64,000 bases of DNA. Source: Eledone cirrhosa. Taxonomy: Eukaryota. Location: positions 22,072,001-22,136,000 of the forward strand of contig OZ024751.1 in NCBI GenBank assembly GCA_964016885.1. The letters are read 5' to 3'. Within the stretch, counting starts at the first letter, position 1. Every line of letters begins with the position of its first letter. The notes beneath the pieces were generated by a model. That model was given only the letters and a program-made list of their open reading frames with translations, had not been told where the DNA came from and did not search any database. The translations under genes and the position numbers were made by a program. Positions 1 through 13,103 of this stretch are shown one piece after another.

Positions 1-131
1 AATATAACCGGTTTCGATGTATCAATATGGATCATCTTATCAAATGTTGAATGTAATAATTAAAAAGAATAAACAATTTAAAATTAAAATTAAAAGTATT
101 GAAACGGTCTGTTCATTTTTCTGAGAAACGA

Positions 132-178
132 CTTCTACAGGAATAGAACTGGTTCATTTTTTTGAAATCATCAGGCTA
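132..178 (-). ncRNA. Degenerate type I hammerhead motif, family C
   Basis: Minus strand reads CUGAUGA-UUUCAAAAAAAU-GAAC-CAGUUCUAUUCCUG-UA-GAAG. Homologous to the intact motif at 39694-39746 but GAAA is GAAC and helix I is broken. Confidence 0.5.
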
Positions 179-431
179 CTAATGATTTTGACGTCTTAAT
201 TACTAATTAATTATGTTAATTAGTATTTTCCCTTGTCAAATGAAACAGTATGGTATAACCAAATATTTGAAGTTAAAATTATACTTTTCTTTTAAAATGT
301 ATTTTTGCTTGCAATGTTTACTTTTAATATACTAATTGCACCTTAATATAATTTGCATAAATGAAGCTCTACTAATATAGTTTTTAGTCTGTAATTGTAT
401 TGCGCTATTTTTTAAGATGTAATATGATTGA

Positions 432-466
<35 letters not shown>

Positions 467-642
467 TTGTGTTTGTGTCTATATTATATCTGTATTTTTG
501 ACCGTTGGTCAGTCAATGGTAAACATTGTGGATCGAATAAATTAACTGATATAAAAGATACAGAAGCGAAAACCAACCAAACAGTGAGTGTGTTCTGTTA
601 TTAATTCTGGCAATATTATTACAACAATATGACCCTCCCCAA

Positions 643-695
<53 letters not shown>

Positions 696-835
696 AACTA
701 CAAAAACAAAGACGGTTGAACTGCCTTACGTTGAGTACTCTCTATATTATTGCATTACGATTGACCATACGGAATAGACCAGCTCTATACAGTGGTAAAC
801 CTCAAACCTGAATAAATATATATATATATATATAT

Positions 836-946
836 TTCGTTTCTGAATTTGTTTAGCAAGATTCTTTATCTGAAAACGTGTGTTGAAACCGATATTGTTA
901 TACTTTGGGAGGGTCTTATTGGCAACATGACCCTCCCAAAGTATAA
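836..946. mobile_element. Short (TA)n-embedded fold-back element, family E
   Basis: 18-bp inverted arms at 898-915/929-946, (TA)n on both sides. Related sequence at ~600-645, 9571-9680 and 34283-34315, all next to (TA)n. Confidence 0.6.
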
Positions 947-1003
947 ATATATATATATATATATAAACATATAGACATATATCTAGCTATCTATCTGTCT
1001 ATC

Positions 1004-1034
<31 letters not shown>

Positions 1035-1093
1035 ACATATGTAGAAACATATAGACTATATATATATAGTCTATATGTTTCTACATATGTATG

Positions 1094-1129
<36 letters not shown>

Positions 1130-1152
1130 TATATATAGTCTATATGTTTCTA

Positions 1153-1229
<77 letters not shown>

Positions 1230-1298
1230 GTATATATATATAATTTCGTTGACAAGTATATCAATGTGCCCAAACAGGCAGATATATTGCCCATGATA

Positions 1299-1346
<48 letters not shown>

Positions 1347-1348
<2 letters not shown>

Positions 1349-1499
1349 CGAAGGAAATGTGGTAAGGAACCAGGTGGACCATAACGCACCAAAGTACTCA
1401 ATACTTAGGGTAGTAGAGTGGGTAATAGGAACAAGTAAGACCCCGACGGCTGAGCTCAAGCCGTTTCGACGGCTAATTCTGGACCAATTCTTACTTGTT

Positions 1500-1502
<3 letters not shown>
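1347..1502 (-). mobile_element. (TA)n-embedded Penelope-like pLTR fragment, family D, with the 3' half of a hammerhead
   Basis: Near-identical to 12864-12961. Minus strand has GAAA (1467-1464), helix III ACGGCU/AGCCGU and GUC (1447-1445). Terminal inversion: 1489-1504 mirrors 1425-1440. Confidence 0.65.
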
Positions 1503-1540
<38 letters not shown>

Positions 1541-1542
<2 letters not shown>

Positions 1543-1973
1543 AAAGTTATATTTAAAATTGTTGGGTTACAACTAGTAAATATTTATAACTGATATAAAA
1601 GCACTCGACAAATATTTGGAGTATATTTACAATATTAAATAAATGGAAACTATATTTATAAAACCATATCTATTTCATTATATATATTTCGGGGATATCA
1701 TATTAACAATATGTTATGCCTTCCTCAGACAAAATACAATATAAACAGTTTTATAGATAAATAGATTCGACATACCGTTATAACACCGACTTGCATTTGA
1801 AGAGAACCTCTTCAAATGCAAGTCGGTGTTATAACGGTATGTCGAATCTATTTATCTATAAAACTGTTTATATTGTATTTTGTCTGAGGAAGGCATAACA
1901 TATTGTTAATATGATATCCCCGAAATATATATAATGAAATAGATATGGTTTTATAAATATAGTTTCCATTTAT

Positions 1974-1981
<8 letters not shown>
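1541..1981 (-). mobile_element. Fold-back Penelope-like pLTR element, family A copy 1
   Basis: Perfect 174-bp inverted arms 1631-1804/1808-1981 with a 3-nt loop, plus a 90-bp unpaired tail (1541-1630). (TA)n on both sides and a hammerhead in each arm. Confidence 0.75.
1876..1941 (+). ncRNA. Minimal type I hammerhead ribozyme motif (mirror copy at 1671-1736, minus strand)
   Basis: Helix I UAUUUUGU/AUGAAAUA; CUGAGGA 1884-1890; helix II hairpin; GAAA 1922-1925; palindromic AUAUAUAU helix III; predicted cut after 1933. The first helix II pair is an A-C mismatch. Confidence 0.65.
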
Positions 1982-2057
<76 letters not shown>

Positions 2058-2469
2058 CTCTCAGTTTTAGTTTTGTTCCCCAACTTTTCTTTGACTCAGC
2101 AATTATTCTCTCCCTATAAATTCACACATCTAGCTGTCTGTCTGTATGTATGTATGTCTGTCTGTCTATCTGTCTGTCTGTCGGTCTGTCTGTCTGTCTA
2201 GCTAACTTTCTTTCTCTCAGTTCTTCCGTTTGGTTTTCTATTTCTTGCAACAGACCTACAAAGTTTATAATCTTTGAACTGTGGATGAAATCTTAAGGAT
2301 AAACGAAAAGAAAAGAATAAGAAAGAAAACTACATCCTCTTCCTTTTCCTTCTTCCATCTATCACCTCGCCTCAACTCAGACACAGAGACGTACGCCTAC
2401 ATCTACATATGCAAGTTAGGCTATATATGTAACTAGTAAAATATACAAAAAAATACATATATATTATTG

Positions 2470-3200
<731 letters not shown>

Positions 3201-3656
3201 AAAATATAAATAAAATATAATTGAATATGAATATTTCGAGATAGAACGAAAGAAGTCAATCCTAAAGATGAAATGTGAAGTTGCATTAAAACAAATTCTT
3301 ATCTTATTATTATTATTATTACTTTTATTTTTCTCTTCATTTTCTTTTTGCTTTTTGTCTTGACATAGAAACCTCATGTAGCAAACGCCACCATATTTAT
3401 TTCCCTCTCTCTGGTACTCTCTATCTCCCTTTCTGACGCATGCGCTTTGTTTTCTATCTCCATTTAAATGTTTATCAAGGATATGTTAAGTGAATTTCTT
3501 TGACCATCTCTCTATATTAACGTAGTTAATAATAGCTTTCCTATTTGAATCACGTTTATTGAACAGGCAATGCCGATAAAATATTCCTGCTATTTCATTT
3601 TCTATTCAATTACGACAAGATTTACAATGTTTCTACTATTTTTACCTTTTTCGCCA

Positions 3657-3657
<1 letters not shown>

Positions 3658-3744
<87 letters not shown>

Positions 3745-3770
3745 TACTACTACCACTAATACTACTACCA

Positions 3771-3864
<94 letters not shown>

Positions 3865-4302
3865 CACTGCTACTGCCACCGTCGCCGCCACCGCTACTAC
3901 TAATACTACTAATAAAAAAATGCTAATGATAATGATGGTAGAAGTAGTAGTGATAGTAGTAGTAGTGGTAGTAGTAGTAGTAGTAGCAGCAGTAGTAGCA
4001 GTAGTAGCATTATTATAAACTTATGAAGCTAAATTGGAAGCTTGTTTTCAATTATTTTTTTTTCCCTACTGTATTTTTTCACAACTGCAAAAGTAACAGG
4101 AATTTAGGACTTAATTTTAAAGCCTCACTAATTTTCTTCTTCTTCTTCTTCTTCTTCTTCTTCTTCTTCTTCTTCTTCTTCTTCTTCTTCTTCTTCTTCT
4201 TCTTCTTCTTCTTCTTCTTCTTCTTCTTCTTCTTCTTCTTCTTCTTCTTCTTTTCTTCTTCTTCTTCTTCTTCTTCTTCTTCTTCTTCTTCTTCTTCTTC
4301 TA
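3658..4302. repeat. (CTA)n, (TAG)n and (TTC)n trinucleotide arrays
   Basis: (CTA)n 3658-3910, (TAG)n ~3940-4007, (TTC)n 4134-4301. Confidence 0.95.
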
Positions 4303-4986
4303 GCTCTTGCTAATTAGATCTTTCTTAGGATTTCTTGATTTCATTAACCGACTAATTTGATTGGATACGTGAGATAAATAAAGACTATGATATCGATAAT
4401 TACAGAAAGATTTACTTATATGGAACTTATTGAAGGGTTTATTGCTACATCTTTAAATCGAAGTACTGCAATCTGTTTACACTTCCGTCAACAAAATAGT
4501 CATTTCACGAGGGCCATACGTTGGGCACTGATCCCCTAGTAGAGTCGTAGCGGCACCGCAGTGATATACTGGGGTCCCTATCATTAAATTACCCAAGAGA
4601 CCTCCAACGAGATATACCTTGGAGGAGGCCAGCTAAACCTGCAAAGGTGGGAGCTGTCACACACACACACACAGTGATATACAGTATATCTTGGAGGTTT
4701 AAACATGGCGGAGTCCTTTCCATCTCTCCACATCTAATCACTTTCGATTTTTTTTACGGAGTAATAGAAAAAGAAAGCGAATGAGAGCAAGAGATATAGA
4801 ATAATTGATCTCAGTACTGCTGGTCTCCCTCACCTTGCCCGGAATTGTGCCTCGGAGGGGATCTTTCTAGGTGCAAATCCTATGGTCATTAATGACCGAA
4901 AGGATCATTACCCTTTATCATATATATACACACACACATGTATCTACATAGACAAACGTATATCTACAAAGCGTAAACAAATTAAT

Positions 4987-5150
4987 TGTTTCTACTTTTG
5001 ACAGTGTATTACTGGTACTTTATTTTATCGACCCCGTAAGGATGAAAGGCAAAGTTAACCCCGGCGAGATTTGAACTCAGAATGGCAAAGACCATAACTC
5101 TATACGTCAAAGCATGGCGTCCGACCCTCTACCGATACTGCCAACCCACC
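4987..5150 (-). mobile_element. tRNA-derived SINE, main family, with target-site duplication
   Basis: Reverse complement of the 59887-60076 element. The 16-bp direct repeat gcgtaaacaaattaat lies at 4971-4986 and 5160-5175. An older copy follows at ~5305-5512. Confidence 0.9.
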
Positions 5151-5547
5151 AAATCCAAGGCGTAAACAAATTAATGTTGATGTAAACATCAACTTTTGTA
5201 ATGGAGCGAGTGCTCAGCAATGAAGAACAATTAAAATACCATAAGACATTTTGTCCGACGCTCTACCGATTTTTCCAATCTATTGCCACTTAGGATGGTA
5301 AATATTGATTTCCAACGTAAACATAAAGGCTAAGAAATTGTGGGATGTCTAGTAGATTTTGTTGATCTGAGTGATTGACTGGTTCTTATTTTATTCACCG
5401 CAGTAGGATGAAAGGCAAAGTTGAGCTCGATGGGATTTAAACTCAGAGAGCAGAGAGGCAGAAAATACACAAGGCATTTTGTCCCTCGCTCCAACGATTC
5501 TGCCAATCCATCGCGAAGTTAAAGGACAACAAAGAGTTAAAGGACAA

Positions 5548-5747
5548 TAAAGATCGGCTAAAAAATTCATAGGCTGACCAAGATACTCTCATGGAATAAC
5601 CAAATGGGGTTTATTTTTCAGCATAATCGCTGGAAAGAAACAATGCAGTTATTTCAAAGAAAAGTTGAAATTAATACATGCAAGATTTCACGGCTCTAGC
5701 ATCACCCCTTCATAGTCAGCCTATGAACTTTTTAGCCTACTCTCGTA
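5548..5747 (+). mobile_element. Mariner-type MITE
   Basis: ~30-bp terminal inverted repeats (ggctaaaaaattcataggctgac ... gtcagcctatgaactttttagcc), ends tctcgTA. Homologous to 63515-63696 and 45668-45853. Confidence 0.8.
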
Positions 5748-6289
5748 TTTACATAAAGGATAACATTATCTCATCATTTTATTTCACTCGTTTAAAAAAC
5801 CCTTAATTTTGAACCCAAACATTTCCCGTTTAATTCTTTGATAAAATATTTACTGATATATACAATCTATCAATTTGATCGAAGTATTTGATATGATAGA
5901 TTGGGGTCATTTCGATAACAACCAATGATTTGTAAATATTCTAAAATGACGGATGGTGAATGTTAGAACAAAAAATACAACAAAACAAGTAAACAAAATA
6001 TAGAAATAAAAAATGAGGAAATTATAGCGTAAGAAAGATGAAATAATAGTGGACGGATTGATTAAAATTGATACTTGTTGAAAACGAGGGGAAAGTCTCA
6101 AAGGTAATCAATTGTTTAATCATCTTATTAGGAGAAAAAGTGTCTATATGTATTTGTGTAGAAAAAGAAGCGGGTAATGTGATAGAAAGAGAGTATAGGT
6201 GAAAGTGAGATATCCATTGATTCCATCCATCATTCCATGGACCCTTTACTACTGATAGAGTCGTAGGGGCGCCGTCGTGACATGTGTAT

Positions 6290-6345
<56 letters not shown>

Positions 6346-6346
<1 letters not shown>

Positions 6347-6718
6347 CAAAACAATGAGTTATATGGATTGTTGAATAGTCAACAAAGTTAATTTTACAAC
6401 ATATTAGAAGCACTCTACGGTATTTATCTGGGGCATGATTAATATTAACAATATTAATAAATGGAAAATATCTTTACAAAACCATATTTATTTTATTATA
6501 CCTATTTCAAGAGTACTAACATTTTAGTACGCTTTCGTCAGATAAAATATACCTTCAGTGGGCTTATACCATTAAGATGACATGAAGGTATGTCACCATC
6601 TTAACACCAAATATATTTTATCTGACGAAAGCGAACTAAAATGTTAGTACCCTTGAAATACGTATAATAAAATAAATATGGTTTTGTAAAGATATTTTCC
6701 ATTTATTAATATTGTTAA
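6346..6718 (-). mobile_element. Fold-back Penelope-like pLTR element, family A copy 2
   Basis: 107-bp inverted arms 6445-6551/6612-6718 (3 mismatches), 60-bp spacer, ~100-bp unpaired tail. (TA)n on the left and (CA)n on the right. Confidence 0.75.
6614..6674 (+). ncRNA. Minimal type I hammerhead ribozyme motif (mirror copy at 6489-6549, minus strand)
   Basis: Helix I UAUUUUAU/AUAAAAUA; CUGACGA 6622-6628; helix II AAG/CUU plus ACUAA/UUAGU; GAAA 6655-6658; palindromic AUACGUAU; predicted cut after 6666. Confidence 0.8.
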
Positions 6719-6745
6719 CACACACACACACACACACGCACACGC

Positions 6746-6795
<50 letters not shown>

Positions 6796-6882
6796 CCCGT
6801 GTTTTTCCTATTATAAGACCTACTCGTAAAATAAACCCTAGTATGATTTTTATGTTGCTGTCCAATATAAGTCCTACCCGGA
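6796..6882 (+). mobile_element. Probable end of a Tc1/mariner-superfamily (pogo/Tc2-like) DNA transposon
   Basis: Starts ccgtgtttttcc next to TA, with three subterminal ataag(a/t)ccta-like repeats. No second end found. Confidence 0.4.
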
Positions 6883-6984
6883 TCTTGATGTTGGACACTA
6901 CATCCATGCCGCTTATTATGCAGTTTGTCAGGTCTTCAGTGTAGTTGCAATCGTTGATTCTGCTGAGGAATATTATTATCCGGA

Positions 6985-7405
6985 GGGCGGTAGATTGGCA
7001 GTATCGGTAGACGGTCGGACGCCATGTTTTGCAGCAGAGAGTTACGGCCTTTTACGGTCTGAGTGCAAATCCCGCCGAAGTAAACTTTGCCTTTCATCCT
7101 TACGGATTCGATAAAATAAAGTACCAGTCACGCACTGGGGTCGATTTAATCGACTTTCCTCTCACCCAAAATTGCTGGCCTTGTGCCTATATAGGAAACC
7201 ATTATTATTGTCGTTTGATTGGCGGTGGATTGGCAGTATCGGTAGAGGGTCGGACGCCATGCTTTGACGCACAGAGTTACGGCCCTTGCCATTCTGAGTT
7301 TAAATCCTGCCGAGGTTAACTTTGCCTTTCAACCTTACGGGGGTCGATAAAATAAAGTACCAGTAATGCACTGGGTAATTGTGCCAAAAAGTAGAAACAA
7401 TTATT
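6985..7405 (+). mobile_element. Two tandem tRNA-derived SINEs (6985-7205, 7221-7405)
   Basis: A box TGGCAGTATCGG, B-box-like GT(G/T)(C/T)AAATCC, core gcctttcatccttacggggtcgataaaataaagtaccag, (ATT)n tails. Confidence 0.9.
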
Positions 7406-8262
7406 ATTGCCATTTGAGTTGTTGCTATTTATGTTCGTATTCCAACGGATTTTAGTGAAGGACTTTTCAATTTCCGACCAGCATCGTACTTGGTTTATCC
7501 TGTTATATACTATGGACTTTGGTGTTAGTTGTAGTATATATTGTTCTTCTTCGTTGGCTGTAGACTCACCGTAGATGTTCAGTGTATGGTATTTGGCAAA
7601 CTCTGTAGGTAATGTGACACATGCCATGTAAATCTCGTCCTCTTGTTTTGGTATTTTCGTAGTTCTTATTTCTTTTGTTGTTGTTTTGTCCTTCATCCAT
7701 CTTAATTTTTATGTTAAAATATTTTTTGCATTCTTTTTATATTTCAATTTAAATTAGTCTTAAACTACACAAAACCAGGCATATATGAATAAATCAAATC
7801 TAGATCGTCCAGGTAGCAGACTTATAGAAGGTAAGTAAGCTGTATATAGCGTTCTACCGCAGTTTAAATGACCAAGACAAGACCACTGCACTTTCGTACC
7901 TATAGTCCACAATACACTCATTAGTACTTAGCTGCCATTGGCGTGGTATAATCTCCCACTGTGAACAGCGGTAGAATAGTTAAAATGAACAATCTGTTAG
8001 TTTATAGCACTATGAAGACTAACTGCAGTTCTAAGCATAATAGAAACTGTTACGTCATTAAAGAGATGCATCAACAAACTATTCTTATGAAGAATTTCCA
8101 AATGAAGAATGAAAAAGAATATCGACACGTACACCAACAATTTTAAATTAACGATAAACAGGATTTAAGAGAAGAACACCTACCTGTCTGTTACACATAT
8201 AACGGGAAACAAATATTTGACACTTCACACATATACACGCACACACATACAAACCTGTTAAC

Positions 8263-8312
<50 letters not shown>

Positions 8313-8434
8313 ACTATATATACATAGTTTATATATATATATATAAAGCACTATATATACATAGTTAACCGGTGTAGTAGGACACATACCTTTGTATGTG
8401 TCTATACTTGTGTAAAGATATATATATTTCTTCC

Positions 8435-8508
<74 letters not shown>

Positions 8509-8510
<2 letters not shown>

Positions 8511-8860
8511 TAGTCTTAGTCTTAGTTCCTCCAGTCCCTTGTGGAACATTGGGCGACGAGCTTCCTCCACTTGATCCTGTCACTGGCGGCCCTTCTAGCA
8601 CCTCTCCAGGTAATTCCCATCTCCCGCAGGTCCTCCCCGAATGTGCTCCGCCATGTTTTTCGTGGTCTTCCCCGTTCTCTCCTGCCACCCTCTGGTACCC
8701 AATCCATGGCAATATGAGCAGGTCGACCTGCCGGCAAACGAAGGATGTGGCCCGCGAACCGCCGTCTCATTGTCCGGACAATGTCCCTTAACCTCTCCAA
8801 TCCTGACCTCCTCATCACTTCCTCGTTGCTAACTTGGGGTCTCTCCATGAAATTTTCAAT
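8509..8860 (-). mobile_element. RTE-clade LINE 3' end
   Basis: Minus-strand translation VSNEEVMRR...RRRFAGHILR...GRRERGRPRKTW...DRIKWRKLV...DWRN*, then a (CTAAGA)n tail running into (TA)n. Confidence 0.9.
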
Positions 8861-9009
8861 ATGGTCCGAATGCAACGGCGGTGGAATAAATCAAGCTTGT
8901 TACATACACTTTCCGCACTCTTCCATGTCTCACAGGCATTTATCGCTGTTGGTACTACAATGGACATGTAAACACGGAATTTGATGGCGTTGCCGATGGA
9001 ACACCTGGA

Positions 9010-9517
9010 TCATACATCTTCAGGTCGCTGTACCGACATTCCAGGTGCTGCGTTAGGACAAAGGACGGAAACACGGAAATGTTTGACATCTTGACGGGTG
9101 TTCCACAAGGCTGCATCCTTTCGCCTTTCCTTTTCCTCATTGTCATCGATTTCATCATGAAGAAGACAATGAGTGACCCTCGTTTTGGCATCAGTTGGGA
9201 TGGAAGGAGATTAAGCGACCTGGACTTTGCCGATGACATCGCAGTGATAGGCCATTCCCGAGAAGACCTGCAAGAGATGACAAACGTTCTAAATGACAAT
9301 GCAGAGAAAGTTGGCCTGCGCATCAGTTGTGAAAAATCCAAGACCATGTCGACAGGTGACCCTCCAAATCCTCCCATTATGGTTGGTCAGCGTAACATTG
9401 AATGTGTAAACCACTTCCAATACCCTGGCAGCAACATCTCTGACGATGGGGATGCTGAGGTGGATGTGCGCACAAGGCTGGGAAAAGCAGCGGCGGTCTT
9501 CCAGCGACTCCGTCCGG

Positions 9518-9518
<1 letters not shown>
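9010..9518 (+). mobile_element. RTE-clade LINE reverse transcriptase fragment, inverted relative to 8509-8860
   Basis: TGVPQGCILSPFLFLIVID, LDFADD (FADD 9226-9237), GLRISCEKSKTM, FQYPGS, RTRLGKAAAVF. Ends in (TA)n. Confidence 0.92.
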
Positions 9519-9574
<56 letters not shown>

Positions 9575-9683
9575 CGGTGATGAACTTGTTTTGCGAGGTT
9601 TTTGATATGAAATCATGTGTCGAAACAAATATTGTTATACTTGGGGAGGGTCATCTATTGTAATAATATTGCCAGAAATAATA

Positions 9684-9747
<64 letters not shown>

Positions 9748-10249
9748 CCTTTCATATTTTCAAGGTAGATAAAAATAGAAATTGTCCAGTATTGGGGTTG
9801 GTTCTTCCTCTAATGCACTTCTTTTCTATTGTTTTTTTCCCTTCCATCTTCTCTGGAAGAAATCGACTGTGTTCAGACTTGGAGAAGGCATGGGCCCTAC
9901 CGTGCTTAAAATGCCAAAGACATGCCGTATATCTTGACGGCGTTTTCATGACTGCATGAGGAGTTCAAGGACTTATAGTAAACATATTTTGCTCCCTGAA
10001 GACACGTTTCGCTACTTTATAGCAGGTCAAGTGACTATATAAAGACCCCTGACATCAGCTCAACAAACCATATCGGAGATAAAATATAACAAAAACAAGG
10101 ACAAAAAAATAACAAACATTCAAACAAAAAATACCCCCCCCCCCCCCAAAAAAAAACCAATACAAAATAAAAGATATTCTCTCCTCCCCCCATAAACTTT
10201 AATATGTTTGCTACAGCTTTCTTTCACCCGCCTGTTACAGAAAACTATG

Positions 10250-10419
10250 GTGCGGTAAAGACCACTTAACTTCCGAGGAAGTCTTAGGGGCGCTATCGTA
10301 ACACTTTAAACCTGGCCGAGCTCATCCCTTTCCATGTCTGGATTCAGCCGATGTATTCCAGAGAAAGAGGTAGATGGAGAGATAGACAGATAGGTAGATA
10401 AGTAGAGAGAGAGGTAGAT

Positions 10420-10462
<43 letters not shown>

Positions 10463-10837
10463 GAGAGAGAGAGAGAGGTAGAGAGAGAGAGAGAGAGAGA
10501 TAGGTAGGTAGATAAGTAGAGAGAGAGGTAGATAAGTAGAGAGAGAGAGAGAGAGAGAGGTAGAGAGAGAGAGAGAGAGAGATAGGTAGGTAAGTAGAGA
10601 GAGAGAGAGAGAGGTAGGTAAGTAGAGAGATAGAGAGAAAGGTAGGTAAGTAGAGAGAGAAAGAGAGATAGACAGATAGGTAGGTAAGTAGAGAGAGAGA
10701 GAGAGGTAGATAAGTAGAGAGAGAGAGAGAGAGAGGTAGGTAAGTAGAGAGATAGAGAGAAAGGTAGGTAAGTAGAGAGAGAAAGAGAGATAGACAGATA
10801 GGTAAGTAAGTAGAGAGAGAGAGAGAGAGAGGTAGAT

Positions 10838-10884
<47 letters not shown>

Positions 10885-10919
10885 GAGAGAGAGAGAGAGA
10901 GAGAGATAGGTAGGTAAGT

Positions 10920-10950
<31 letters not shown>

Positions 10951-11120
10951 GCGATAGGTAGGTAAGTAGAGAGAGAAAGAGAGATAGACAGATAGTTAGG
11001 TAAGTAGAGAGAGAGAGAATCGATCCAAGAACTGCTACTTTATTTATCGACCTCGAAAGGGTGAATTGATGTTGATGTGATTCGAACTCGGAGCGGAAAG
11101 AGCCGAGACAAATGCAGCGA
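10250..11120 (-). mobile_element. Old long-tailed SINE variant split by an expanded (GA)n/TAGGTAAG array (10380-11017)
   Basis: SINE core at ~11030-11095. The tail at 10250-10365 aligns by eye with 9850-9970, 42535-42660, 46050-46170 and 53890-53955. Confidence 0.55.
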
Positions 11121-11478
11121 AGCAGTTTTAATCATCCGAAGTTGTGAAGACTCTCATATCTTAGCCGCCTTACAGGAAACTATAACGAATAAGATTAGCG
11201 AGGATGTAGTCAGCTAAATCTCTGACAATTATTTGTATCTAATGCTCTTCACTGAGAAACATGGCATATGTAAATTGGCCGAGCACAGCCGACGCATGGG
11301 CGCGGTTCTTATGCTGAAAACTACAGGGATACACCCGCGAGTTACGACCGGCGCTTTCATATGCATTAAACTTATCTACATTGACATCTTATAGATTTGC
11401 ACTCAGATAGAAGAACACAAACCCACACAAATACAATTATATCTATATCTATATACTCACACCCATACACACACATAC

Positions 11479-11559
<81 letters not shown>

Positions 11560-11673
11560 GTAAATACAGCCATCCATACATAAAGACATTGCCTCTCATC
11601 TTGATATGTCTTGTAAAAACCCATCTCTGGCAATATGCTTGCTCTTCTTGTTGACTAAACAAGTACCGAAAAC

Positions 11674-11747
<74 letters not shown>

Positions 11748-11847
11748 TCTCTCTCTCTCTCAACCGAATCATTAATTGGTAAATCTATGATCAGCTCATT
11801 TTGTTTTCTAAAAGATTCTATATTTTTAGGCCAAACTGAGTACAATC

Positions 11848-12050
<203 letters not shown>

Positions 12051-12103
12051 TGTATATATATATATATATATATATAAATATGTATATATATATATATATA
12101 TAA

Positions 12104-12203
<100 letters not shown>

Positions 12204-12646
12204 GAGAGGTATAGAGATTGTTTTAGCAAGAAGCTAACGGCATTCTATAACATATATGCGACTATAACGTCAAGATGGGAAAAGTAGTTAACGAAAGATT
12301 TAGGAAAAATAACTCAAACTCATCTCAAAAGAGAATCAGGATATAAATTCATCCACAGAATTTAGTAAAATCCAGGGAAAAATCTATAGACCTTTAACTC
12401 ATGATAAAATAAAGTTTGAAACACTTATCCTTCAATTTGGAATAACATCAAATGCTCTGTATAGTCTTAAAAGACTATTTCATGAAAACTTTCAGTGGAG
12501 ATGGTCACGGTTGGATTTCATTCATCAGCAGAGCTCAACAGAAACCAGGGCTCTCACAGTAGTATAATCCGAAAAAGGGAATTCTAAAACTGGCTAGTTC
12601 GCCTTCATGTGTATTTATGAAAAAGCACATGAGGAAAAAAAATATG

Positions 12647-12765
<119 letters not shown>

Positions 12766-12814
12766 CACATGAATGTCTATATTTATTAATATTTTGAAGT
12801 TATATATATATATG

Positions 12815-12863
<49 letters not shown>

Positions 12864-12865
<2 letters not shown>

Positions 12866-12993
12866 CGAAGGAAATGTGGTAAGGAACCAGGTGGACCATA
12901 ACGCACCAAAGTACTCAATACTTGGGGTAGTAGAGTGGGTAATAGGAACCGGTAAGACCCCAGGAAGGGCCCTTCCTGGGGTCTTGCCGGTTC
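12864..12993 (-). mobile_element. (TA)n-embedded family D element with terminal hairpin
   Basis: 12864-12961 matches 1347-1444. It then forms a 24-bp hairpin with no loop, 12946-12969/12970-12993 (1 mismatch). Confidence 0.75.
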
Positions 12994-13055
12994 ATATATA
13001 TATATATATGTATGTATATATCACACGAATGTCTATATTTATTAATATTTTGAAG

Positions 13056-13100
<45 letters not shown>

Positions 13101-13103
<3 letters not shown>

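Noticed and set aside
12514-12530. CUGAUGA-AU-GAAA on the minus strand (also partial motifs at ~10000 and 28005)
   Set aside because: No room for helix II, or no flanking helices.
12230-12620. Coding-like stretch between TA tracts as a PLE ORF relic
   Set aside because: Multiple stops and no recognisable RT or GIY-YIG motif.
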